NCBI GenBank assembly: GCA_963726195.1
Contig: CAVSBO010000004.1
Coordinates: 192,001-256,000, forward strand
Reading direction: 5' to 3'
Length of the DNA: 64,000 nt
From: Candidatus Thorarchaeota archaeon
Lineage (GTDB): Archaea; Asgardarchaeota; Thorarchaeia; Thorarchaeales; Thorarchaeaceae
This document shows, piece by piece, positions 30,760-40,909 of the stretch. The notes under the pieces are model-generated. The model ran no database searches. It was not told the DNA's origin and worked only from the letters and a program-made list of their open reading frames with translations. Position 1 is the first letter of the stretch. Every line of letters starts with the position of its first letter. A program made the translations under genes and the position numbers.

Positions 30760-33700
30760 ATGTCGCGAGTGGCTTTGGCCGTGATGGTATTTGCCGTGCT
30801 GTTTGTTGGCCAGTTGGCGGGATTGCAGTCGATTGGCTGGGATTCCAGTGGAGGAGAACTCGTCGGGAGGACAGGGGTCCCGTGCGAGTCAGGGCCTGCA
30901 GACGCCTAACACGGGTCCGACTGATGTTAACACAGGCACTGGACCACATGGAACACTCACGGGAACTCAATTCACTCAGGCTGACGAGGACCTTGCTGGC
31001 GTGCTTCAGCCTGTGGCCGTCGAAGAAAGAGGCTATGTCTCTTCGGGGAATCTGAGTGCTCGCACTGACACACACGAGGCAACAAGCAAGAATCTGTCAA
31101 TCGATGCCAGCCACGGATGGAAAGCGGATCTGCGCTCGTGAACGTGTCATCCCTCCAGAGGCTCTATGTCACCAACGGTTCGTTCAACACTGGCACGCCT
31201 GGTATAAACGTGGATCCAAATGGCAACGTTACTCATCACCCTCTTGGTTGGGACGCATATAGCCACACAGGCGCAGGCGGGATGGATACTCAACTGGCTG
31301 GTTACGATTCCAGCGGCACCGGTTCGTTTCGGTTGAGAATCAAGGTGTTCTTGTGGCTGGCGGTCTTTACAGGCATTACGCGGGGTCCAATATCTCTTGG
31401 GTTCAGCGTGTGATTAACAAACCCAAGTCAACTCAGTTTACTATCACGTTTGACTATCTCTATCTAAGAGGTCCCCTTGGTGCAGGAGTTCCCGGCGGCT
31501 GCTCCATGGTCGTTTACATGAATTCCACAAAGGTTTGGAGCATGAGCGTTCCCACCATCAGTCAAAGAGGTGTTTGGTACAACACTGGCCCGATAACTAT
31601 CACCAACGCGGGATCTGGCAATAGGTTCGACTTCAAGATTGGACTAGTTGTCGACAGCCGCATGAACCTCGATCCCTTTGCCAGCTATTCTCAGCCCGAA
31701 GGAATTGACAATGCTGCGTACGTGACACTCGACATTGACAATGTCTTGTTCAATGCTGCTAGCCCGCCAAGCTTTGGCGCGGTCTCTTTGCAGTTCAAGG
31801 CGGGCAGTACAACCGTTTCCGTCTCGGGTAGCTCAGGACATGGCTCGGCCAACGTCAGCAATCCTAGCTTCTGGACCTCCAGCTTCCTGACCGTCGGTCT
31901 GCAATCAAACACTAGTGTATCCTTCTACTATGTGACTCTTCTCCTATGTCACCATTTTGGCAATTCTAGTTGGACTACCGAGATGACCAAGATAGGGGTC
32001 TCATACAATGCTTACCTTTGGTCAAGCTCTCACATGGCCCTCTACACGTACTTGGGGTCGGTCGGCAGCTATCAGCAGTTCACCCTCCTCGTCATGATTC
32101 CTAAGGATTGGGGAAACGCGACAGTCTATGATCCGTTCTTTGCAGATGTGACTGCGCAGTGCTTGATACAGACCGGGAGAATCACGATTCCTCAGAGTGT
32201 TCTGAACCGACTCGGGTGGTGGCAAATCGCCCTACAAGCACCGAACTACGCGAGTTCTCTGGTCATCCAGAAGTACGACTTTGCTACCTACGAATGGCTC
32301 AATAGCACAAGCTTCAGGGTCGGCAATACCACAAGAGCGTCAATATCGATTGAGCGGGGCTCCTCTTTCCCGGCTGTTGTCAACTACGTGAATGCCACAT
32401 GGGCTCTGCCAAATGGGACTCCTTGGTCTTTGGAGAAGCTGGGCCCCAGCACCAATGGAACGGTTCGTACTAGTTCACACGTGATAGACGCCTCCGCCTC
32501 TGGCAACTGGGAATTGACGGTCGCTTGGACCAATGGCACAGAGGTTGCCTACGCAGATTCCCATTTTGTTGTCTACCATCGTGCAACTATTGCACCGATT
32601 TACCCCCTAATTGAGACTGAGGACGGTCAGGTCGTTGCAGAGGTATTGAGATACGCAGACGCTGAGACCGGCGAATACTTGACTGACGACTCTGCCACCG
32701 TTGCCGCCAACTGGTCTGTCGCCAAAGTGACGTTTGTCCCCAATCTCGCAAAGAAATGGTGGGAGGCGGACTTGAATACGTCCCTGATTGCGCCCGGCGC
32801 TCATATCGTGAGGGTCAACGCTTCGATGGCATATTTCGACAATTCTTGGTGTGCTTTCGTCGTCAGGTCGTACATCAGGACGCGACTGACTTCTCCGAAT
32901 GTCCCTTGGACCAATTCTGGATGGAACCAGACGTCAGCATTGACCTTCTTGTTTGAAGCTTACAATCATGCGAGCGGACTCTGGATTCCTGTCACGAACA
33001 CTAGCGGTGACATTCTATTATATACGAACTGGAGCCTAGGTGCGTGGAGAGCCGAAGAGAGCAGCACTTCGGGAGTCTACGCAGTCTTCATAGACACTGG
33101 AGCACTGCCTGCGGGCAATTGGGTGCTCAACATCACTATTGCCAAATCAAACTACCAGACTGGCCATGCATTGCTTACGTTGATTGTGTCACGCCCCTTG
33201 ATCAAGGCAGCGGTCGATGGAACTGGTCCTCATAGTGTATTGCGCGTAGGCAAGGCCACATCGTTCACCCTTCGTTACCACGTACTGAACGGAACTACTG
33301 GCATTTCGGGTGCGACCGTTCTAACTTCAGGTGAACCTTCGGCTTGGTTCTCATTCAGTGACTTGGGCGACGGAGTCTACAACGTGACGCTTACACCAAA
33401 CGGGATCGGCGACTATGCGGCCGTTCTCACATTCGACCGGCCTGGGTTTGAGGAAGAGCGATTCCCGGTGTCGTTCAGCGTGACCGAAATACCGATGAGC
33501 GTTCAACTCCTGTCCGAATCGTTTGCCACTGAGGGGATACCTTTCGACGTTATCGTTCGTGTATACGAGGTGGGAAGTGGTGCTCCTGTTTCAGGAGCAG
33601 AAGTCACGTTCAGGATTTCCTCAATGGGTGCAGGGGAGTTCCATTTGATGGAGGAGACATCTCAGGCTGGCACGTATCGCTCTGCATACACGATACCTAT

Positions 33701-34720
33701 TTGGCAAGATTACACCAACTACTCTCTTGAGGTCAAGGTGAGCAAGGACAACTACTCGCTCGTCGGTGGGTTCTCAGTCCCGTTCCACAAGACGACCGAT
33801 CTTGTCATGAGGATGGAACCTCTAATAGCCGGCTCTGGCTCTGCAGTTCTTCTGCTCTTGGGGGCAATTGCCCGTCATGAGAGTGTCCACAAGACGAAAG
33901 CGGGAACACAACCTTCAGGCCCTCTCTGTCAAGGAACGATTCGATGATGTTTCAAACGTGCTCAGCGTCATGGTCCTGCAGAAGAAGAGCGGCATACTGC
34001 TGTACTCGAAGACTCTGAAAGGGGGATTCGAAGAGAGCATGGTGTCCGCATTCATTTCCGCTGTCACTAATTTCCGAACAGAGTTCGGGATTGACCAGGA
34101 TCGTATGGACTTCCAGGTTATTCCCATCTCGGACATTATCAGTGCAGTTCCCACAATGAACCTCATTTGTGCCTTTGTCACAGTGTTGATGCCATCTCTC
34201 GGTCAGGAAACAAGAATGGAGAGTTATGCGCGGGCAGCAGGAGCGATATTCGATGACCTTTTTGCGAATCCTCAAAACGAAGTGCTGGACCCGGAAACAC
34301 TACGCAAGTTCGACTCATTATTCAACGACTTGATGGATGGGTCCCTTCTGCAAACCTACAGAACCAGAGCACAAGCATCAGTTCCTCGACAGATGAAGTG
34401 TTCCAAGGCCACGCTTCTCGCATAGAGAACGGTGAAGGATTCAAACTCAACGAGCTTGCAAAGGGCACGGCATCATGGGATTGAGGAAGCCGCGGGACAG
34501 GATCATTGTAGACGCTATTCAGAAGGACGTTCTCGTGAATGCTGATGTAAGCAGAAAGAGCCGAGTGCGCCTCGGTGAATCCCATGCAATGCGGTGCCCG
34601 TACCCCTTCAAGATAGAATCACAAAGATGTCATATTCATGTGGGCGAGAGCTTCTGTGGGCACAAATGGCAGTCAACCCTCTCCCCTTGTCTTCGGATGG
34701 AGCGGCGTCCTGGGCTTTGA
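30760..34720 (+). CDS. Very large single-pass surface protein with Ig-like ectodomain and cytoplasmic longin/roadblock-like domain; split by several frameshifts, ends approximate
   Basis: Signal peptide from ATG 30760 (MSRVALAVMVFAVLFVG). ORFs 30791, 31117, 31353, 33868 and 34475 read as one N-x-S/T-rich beta protein. TM at ~33820-33880, then LSVMVLQKKSGILLYSK..FEESMVSAFISAVTNF. Confidence 0.7.
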
Positions 34721-34895
34721 TAGGAGCCATCTGATGCCATCGGGCTGTTGTACCGAGGCGTATTCAGAGGTCTCCTCTGGGTAATACTAGCATATCATCT
34801 CAGTATCTTCTATATAGTATCAAGCCTTATTAAGCAATCCAGCGGAAGGAGAGGTAAGTTGTATCTCAAAAAGAGTACAACCGGAGACGCGAACC

Positions 34896-35042
34896 ATGGC
34901 CCAGATTATCCGGAAGAAGAACCCGTCGACTTTGCAGAGAAATGCGCAAGTTCTGCATGTGCTGTACGGGCTTCTCGACAGCGACAAGGAGCCAACCGAC
35001 GCTGATGCCGAGAAGCTCCGGTATCTCTATGCGAGTTCCTAG
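34896..35042 (+). CDS. Small 48-aa hypothetical protein (below the ORF-track cutoff)
   Basis: MAQIIRKKNPSTLQRNAQVLHVLYGLLDSDKEPTDADAEKLRYLYASS*; GGAGA at 34883; AT-rich TATA-like elements at 34810-34832; sits alone in an intergenic gap. Confidence 0.55.
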   Translation: MAQIIRKKNPSTLQRNAQVLHVLYGLLDSDKEPTDADAEKLRYLYASS

Positions 35043-35113
35043 TTGCACTCACGCTCCTCAAACAATCTGAGGTCTTTTGCTGTCTCACTGCTTGCACCTC
35101 CCGGCAAGCAGAC

Positions 35114-35149
35114 AAAAAAAGGAGGGCAGGTCCCTCGGGATCTGCTCTC
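35114..35149. terminator. GC-rich hairpin flanked by A7 between convergent genes
   Basis: GAGGGCAGGTCCC-TC-GGGATCTGCTCTC (G-U pairs on plus strand) preceded by AAAAAAA (U7 on minus strand). Confidence 0.6.
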
Positions 35150-35263
35150 ACACTATTCTAATTCTTGACTCGTCGCATTCCTCAATGGAAAGCGATTACT
35201 CAGTTGTTCGAGATAGTTGCTATCCAAGTAGGCAGTTCATTGCGTGACGCCTTGTCAGATTCC

Positions 35264-35878
35264 CTAATGGTGAAGCAATGCCAGAATCACGCTTCCAAAC
35301 ATTAGTAACAAGACAAGCAGGATCACGAGAGCGCAGCAGCAACAAATCAGTATCCCGCCGCCGCCCTTGCCCTTGAAGAAGACTGAATCGATGACCGTAG
35401 CTGATGCTACGGCGTGTGTCCAGTCCATGGAGTTTCCGACAGAAATCCTATACGAATCTCTGACGTGTAACACCTTCTTGTCGAACCTAAAAGCGAACTC
35501 GCCCTTTTCGTTTCTCGCTTCGAAGCCCCAAGCTAGGTATCCGCCATGAGCCTTGAGCACATGGTCTTGGTAGTAAATCTGGAAGCTCTTGCGCAGGGCA
35601 AATAGGGGTCGCGTCAGCTTTGCTATCTTCGTGCCGTCTTCTCCAATGAGCCAAAAGGTTCTGCTGAGGAATCCGCCCTTGGCGGTGAGAATCTTCTCAC
35701 CACGTTCATTCTCGAAAACAAGAGTTGCTCGGAAGATGCTCAACCAGGTCTGTCGTCCGACTGCTACCTTCTCTCCTGTCTGTTCATCGTAAATCTCAAA
35801 GACAGGTCTTGCTGCGACGAGTTTCTGAACAACCTTGAGGTTGCGAGCGTCTGCAGGTATAGTGGATTCCTGTTTCAA
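35264..35878 (-). CDS. LURP-one/Tubby-C/scramblase-like protein with C-terminal Cys cluster and TM anchor
   Basis: VVQKL...FEIYDE, KKVLHVRDSYRISV, central-helix-like AVASATVIDSVFF, then GGGGILICCCCALVILLVLLLMF. Confidence 0.75.
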   Translation of the reverse strand: MKQESTIPADARNLKVVQKLVAARPVFEIYDEQTGEKVAVGRQTWLSIFRATLVFENERGEKILTAKGGFLSRTFWLIGEDGTKIAKLTRPLFALRKSFQIYYQDHVLKAHGGYLAWGFEARNEKGEFAFRFDKKVLHVRDSYRISVGNSMDWTHAVASATVIDSVFFKGKGGGGILICCCCALVILLVLLLMFGSVILALLHH

Positions 35879-36110
35879 AATAGTACCTCATCAATTCCAG
35901 CGTTAACCAATCTAATAAGCTAATGTCGGTTCTATGACAAGAAAGCGTGGGCTCTTTAGCTAGAAACTGAATGGGCCGTACTTTCTTGGGCAATGTCATT
36001 CTGAATCTCAGCTCTGCCTAGCCGCTTAGGAATGCTATCGTGGCGCGCTTATGGTAATGCTAAAGTGAGCTAGTCACTCACGGGTGCCATAGTGAACAGG
36101 TGATATTGGC

Positions 36111-37427
36111 ATGTTGGAGAAGTACAGAAGGACCACTCCCGGCTCGAGGCAGTTATTTGACCGCGCACAGCACTTGTTTGCAGGCGGCGTCAATCATAAC
36201 CTTCGGACATTTGGTTTGGTCCATTCTGGAGCGTACCCTCCGTTCATGAGGAAGGCCAATGGCAGTCACATCTGGGACGTTGATGGCAATGAGTACATTG
36301 ATTGGTGGATGGTTCACTACTCAGCGATTTTGGGTCACAATCATCCGAAGGTAATCAAAGCTATACGGACACAGTTGGAAAACGGCTGCCACTTCGGCAC
36401 CTTGAACGAACCTCAAATCCAGTTTGCTGAGAGACTTCAGAAAGCTGTGCCGGGTCTTGCCAAGATGAGGTTCTGTTCAACTGGCAGCGAATCGACTATG
36501 TATGCGGTCCGGCTTGCTCGTCTCTACGCCCAGAGACCTCTTGTGGCCAAGGCTCTGGGCGGATGGCACGGCGGCAACGACGCGCTGGCTTACCACCTCA
36601 AGTATCCTTTCGATGACGCGCCCTTCTTCAATGGCGTGTCCTTCGATTTTAATGACCGCGATAGTGTCGACATGATGATGAGGAAATGTGGGAAGGACCT
36701 CGCAGCCGTGATAGTGGAACCTGTGCTGGGAGCCGGCGGGGGTCTGCCGCCTGAGCAAGACTTTCTGCGATACTTGCGAGAAGAGACTCAGAAGCGCGGC
36801 ATTCTACTCATCTTCGACGAGATTGTCACGGGCTTCAGGCTTCGGTATGGATCTGCTGGAAAGAGCATCTTTGGTGCGGAACCGGACCTGATGACTTTAG
36901 GCAAGATTGTTGCGGGAGGTATGCCTCTTGGAGTGTACGGTGGCCGCGAAGACATCATGTCGCTGGCCGCGCCCGGGGCGGCTGGAGGGCGCTGGGTTGG
37001 CGGTGGCACGTTTTCTGACCATCCGCTATCCATGGCGGCTGGCATTGCCACGTTGGATGTGCTATTGTCAATCAAAGACAAGTATGCCACCCTGAACAAC
37101 ACGGGCGACAAGTTTCGCGCGCGTGTCAACGAAATCTTCGAGCAGGAGAAGGTGAATGCGTTGGCGACCGGCTACGGTTCAATAGCATTCATTCATTGGC
37201 TCAAACATGAGGCGCCCAGTCCTCCTCTGACAGGAAGAAAGATTGGAGAGGCAATAGACAACGATGGTCTGGAGATGTTCCAGGCTCTGCTTCTCGAAAA
37301 AGGAGTACTAGGCTACCACGGTCTCGGAGCGTTGTCATTTGTTCACTCAGACAAGGACCTAGATGACACTCTCAATGCGATCTCGGCTGTAGCTAAGGAG
37401 ATGAAGAATCCAAGGGTCGTCCACTGA
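36111..37427 (+). CDS. Class III PLP aminotransferase, glutamate-1-semialdehyde aminomutase-like
   Basis: GGVNHNLR, DVDGNEYID, LGHNHP, STGSES, VIVEPV, FDEIVTGFR, GKIVAGGMP, GGTFS. Confidence 0.9.
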   Translation: MLEKYRRTTPGSRQLFDRAQHLFAGGVNHNLRTFGLVHSGAYPPFMRKANGSHIWDVDGNEYIDWWMVHYSAILGHNHPKVIKAIRTQLENGCHFGTLNEPQIQFAERLQKAVPGLAKMRFCSTGSESTMYAVRLARLYAQRPLVAKALGGWHGGNDALAYHLKYPFDDAPFFNGVSFDFNDRDSVDMMMRKCGKDLAAVIVEPVLGAGGGLPPEQDFLRYLREETQKRGILLIFDEIVTGFRLRYGSAGKSIFGAEPDLMTLGKIVAGGMPLGVYGGREDIMSLAAPGAAGGRWVGGGTFSDHPLSMAAGIATLDVLLSIKDKYATLNNTGDKFRARVNEIFEQEKVNALATGYGSIAFIHWLKHEAPSPPLTGRKIGEAIDNDGLEMFQALLLEKGVLGYHGLGALSFVHSDKDLDDTLNAISAVAKEMKNPRVVH

Positions 37428-37433
37428 GGCGAC

Positions 37434-38406
37434 CTATTCCCACAGGTCTGTGCTCAGGTACTTGAGACCGCTGTCGCAGAGCAAGACGACGATTGTCTTT
37501 CCCCTGAGGTTTCCGTTCAACAGCTTCAGAGCCGCTGCTACGTTAGCTCCAGAGGAGAAGCCCGCGAAGAGCCCTTCCTCTGCAGCCAGTCGTCTTGTGG
37601 TGCGAATCGCTTCTTCATTCGATACTTGCAGGTACCCATCGGGTTTGATATCTTTCAGGAACTCCAGTTCAGTCATTGAGTAGCCACCGCCCTGTATCTT
37701 GTGGTCAGGGTTTGTGACCCTCTTGCCTGCCAAAACTGCGGCGCTCTCGGGCTCGACGACGTAGCATTTCGTCTTGGGGTTTCGTTCACGAAGGGCCTTG
37801 GAAACGCCAGCGAAGCTTCCTCCTGAACCAACAAAATCGCAGAAGGCGTCGAACTTGCCACCGGTCTGTTCGATGATTTCTTTCCCAGTGTGGAGGTAAT
37901 GAGCCCTCCAGTTGCCTCCAAGATGAAACTGGTCCGCGCGAAAAGCCGAGCTCCTTTGTTAGCCGCTCGGTCTCTTTCCCGACAAGTGCGAGCGACTCTC
38001 CCGACACCTGTCCCGGTCGTGAACCTGGGGCTTGATCCACAAGCACCACATGAGCCCCGAGAGCCTTCATCATGCGTGCTCTTTCAGGGGAATTGCCTTT
38101 GCTCATCACTACGTAGAGCGGGTATCCCTTTGCTGCACACACAATCGCTAATCCAGTCCCTGTATTGCCGCTCGTTAGTTCAATGACAGTTTGACCGGGT
38201 TTCAGAATCCCGGAGGACTCAGCCTCTTCAATCATCTGAAGGGCGATTCGGTCTTTCTTCGAGTATCCCGGATTCAAGAACTCGACTTTGGCTAGAATCC
38301 TACCTTGCACTCCCTTTGTGTTCTGCACAAGTCTGTGCAAGTCGACAATCGGGGTGTTGCCAATCGTGCTCAGTACGGAACTGCAGATGCTCTCATTTCT
38401 ATTCAT
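37434..38406 (-). CDS. Cysteine synthase / cystathionine beta-synthase family PLP enzyme; one frameshift near 37945
   Basis: IGNTPIV, KVEFLNPGYSKKDRIA, TSGNTG. Shifted frame gives ADQF..HYLHTGKEI..VGSGGSFAG..HKIQGGG..GFSSGAN..DSGLKYLST. Confidence 0.9.
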
Positions 38407-38645
38407 GTGTACCGACCAAGCTATCAACGTGATAAGGATGCGGCGTGATGAATAGAAGCGCCTCAAATGAATTCTCCTTTGTAGTGCGACAGGGACAATG
38501 ACTGTCAGGACCTAAGGTCGGAAAGCTCTTAACTTCAGACAATCTCAACCTGAAGTTGTCATGCGTTATTCGCGTCAGTCGTGCATGGCTACCAAAAAGA
38601 CCGTATGGGGTGATATGTGTGGGATCTGCTTCGAGCTCAAGTGAT

Positions 38646-39083
38646 ATGGTGAGGACGATTTCAGCCGTCCAGATTATCCTGACCTTGGTAGGTTTGTTGC
38701 TGCTATTCACGACCCCGTTTGCAACCTACGATGCTTACCACGGGTCTTGGTACAACTATGGCATCTGGTATAGCGACAGCCTAGTTACTTGGTCGCTGAC
38801 CGGCATATCTGTGGTTCTCCTTCTTCTCATTGCCTATAGTGGTTTCAAGAGGGGTTGGAGCCCTTCGGCCGGAGTCCGAGCTAGGTATGCCAAGTTGACA
38901 ATTACATTGGGTTTGGTCCTCATAGTGTTCTCCATAGTCGTGGCTGGTGTGAGCTACGTGTTGGCTCTCGCGGACAGTGCTGGGGCATATTACTTTGGCA
39001 CGGTGCCAATAGCTTTCCTGATTGGTGGCGTTCTTTTCATGCTGATTGGTTTCGTTCGACCCGCAACGATGGCACCCAGTTAG
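38646..39083 (+). CDS. Hypothetical four-TM membrane protein
   Basis: Four hydrophobic helices from ATG 38646; GGTGA-type motif upstream. Confidence 0.65.
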   Translation: MVRTISAVQIILTLVGLLLLFTTPFATYDAYHGSWYNYGIWYSDSLVTWSLTGISVVLLLLIAYSGFKRGWSPSAGVRARYAKLTITLGLVLIVFSIVVAGVSYVLALADSAGAYYFGTVPIAFLIGGVLFMLIGFVRPATMAPS

Positions 39084-39160
39084 AGGCTAGGATGTCACAG
39101 AGTAATCCATGACTCACAGGTCAAAACGGAGCAACTCTGACACCCGAGAGAGTGCGAAGA

Positions 39161-40297
39161 ATGAATCGTGGGCACTTTCAGCACGGAGTCTTCGTACTCT
39201 CAGTCTTTCTGTTCGTCGGAGGAGTGCTGCTGTTTGCCTATCACCTTTTGCATACCCCCTCTCAACCGTCAATGCAGAAGCAACCAGAACCGTTAATCTG
39301 AGTTTTCTGCTTTCTTTGGATAGTCCTTCACACAACATGAGTCCTCGAGAGCACGACAATAGAGGTGGAGATTGTCAGACTGCAGTCGAATGATACCCCA
39401 ATCCGCATAGTTGCATATGGCATCACGGGTGTCTTTCAGGAGTTGAGCAACGTAACGACTCATCCGGAACCTAGTGCTAGATTTCTATCACGACAGCCCC
39501 CTAGACATCGGTTTCATTCGAGAAACCGGGGATGCGAATGTAACCGCTGCTTGCTCGACTTCATGATACGGTTCCAAATCCGGCAATCATCATCGGGCCG
39601 CAGGACGATTATCTTTGGATCAGGCGCATCAATCACAGGGGTTTGAGCGCTTTGGTTTCTGTACCTAGAGCTGTACAGACGCGAAGACCAGCACACGGGC
39701 GGGAATAGCCCTAGTCGGGGTCGGTTGGCTCTCATTGTTGTCCTGATGCTTCTGTCGTCCTTATGCCTCACTCCTATCACCGTTCTGTACGGCATCTAAG
39801 CGGGGCTGTTCCCGCGGCACGCGGATTCGTAGGCTATTTCGACTCGAGCGGATTACCGACCTGAATTCTTCTCATCCTCAGGATCGAGGTAGACGTCTCC
39901 CCTTTCCAGGGATGGCCGGTCCATGTCACTGATCTATAATCTCGAAGGGCCACTCCGTTCTGCGTGGAATCCTCGAACGATTCTGTGATCGACAACTGAA
40001 GAGTTTGTTTCGCATCACATGTGGGTGGGCTTTTCCGAAATCGAACTCCAGAATGATACGGTCCTTGCGCTTACGAGGCTTAATGCTAACGTCAATCCAA
40101 ATCTGCTCTGGATATCAGGATACATGGATTACGGACATCGTGGTCCAAACTGGTCTCTCCTGCTCTCACCATTTGTAGTTGTGCCTGTCTTTGCAGGATT
40201 CCTTGGGGCGGTGTTTGTTCATACGACTGAGAAAGCCAAGAGAATAGATTCCATGAAAAGAGGGGAACAAGCAAGCGCAACGGAACCCGATTCTTGA
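39161..40297 (+). pseudogene. Fragmented coding region, probably two small membrane-anchored proteins broken by many indels
   Basis: TM-like MNRGHFQHGVFVLSVFLFVGGVLLFAY at 39161; beta-strand fragments in alternating frames; final TM fragment 40019-40297. Confidence 0.4.
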
Positions 40298-40300
40298 TAC

Positions 40301-40609
40301 CTAATACCAGTCGACTTCTATGTCGTGTTCGATGCAGCCGTGACCTTTGATGTACAGCCCACCATCAATCAATCTCATGTTGAATGGAAACAGACCCACT
40401 CGATCTTCGTCTTTCATCATGACAGAGAGCTTCGCAAGATTGCCATTTACGAAACAGTCGCCTAAGTCCCTTGTCTTTATGCCTAGCCTGTTGACAAGAC
40501 CTTCGAATGTTTCGCTTGGCACGAACTCACACTTCAGCACAGTGTCCTCGTCTGCGTGACTTCCCGGAACGAGCTCTCTGAAGCGGCCGTAGAGGTGGAC
40601 TTCTATCAT
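40301..40609 (-). CDS. MoaD/ThiS-like beta-grasp protein with internal GG and 18-aa C-terminal extension
   Basis: MIEVHLYGRFRELV, ETFEGLVNRLGI, CFVNG, DEDRVGLFP, IDGG followed by LYIKGHGCIEHDIEVDWY*. Confidence 0.75.
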   Translation of the reverse strand: MIEVHLYGRFRELVPGSHADEDTVLKCEFVPSETFEGLVNRLGIKTRDLGDCFVNGNLAKLSVMMKDEDRVGLFPFNMRLIDGGLYIKGHGCIEHDIEVDWY

Positions 40610-40909
40610 CGGATGGTTGTCGAAGCAGTCCAAAGATAAGCAATCGGATATGACTCCGTTGAGGCGACCAATTGCGTCAAGAGCCGCACAATGCAACGTT
40701 AGAGTTATATCTCAGACCAGCCGATGCTGCTTCTACAACTCCAAGGCGGGATTAGAAGCTCACAGATACGAATCTTGGAACACGTGTTCCAATGAGCGCC
40801 GTTGAGAGACCATCTCTCGGGCGTTTCTCACTCCTTGTCTATGCATCACTGGGCTGCAGTGATGATTAGGCACAATCCCCCTGAAGCAACAAAGGAGCGT
40901 GACAGAAGA

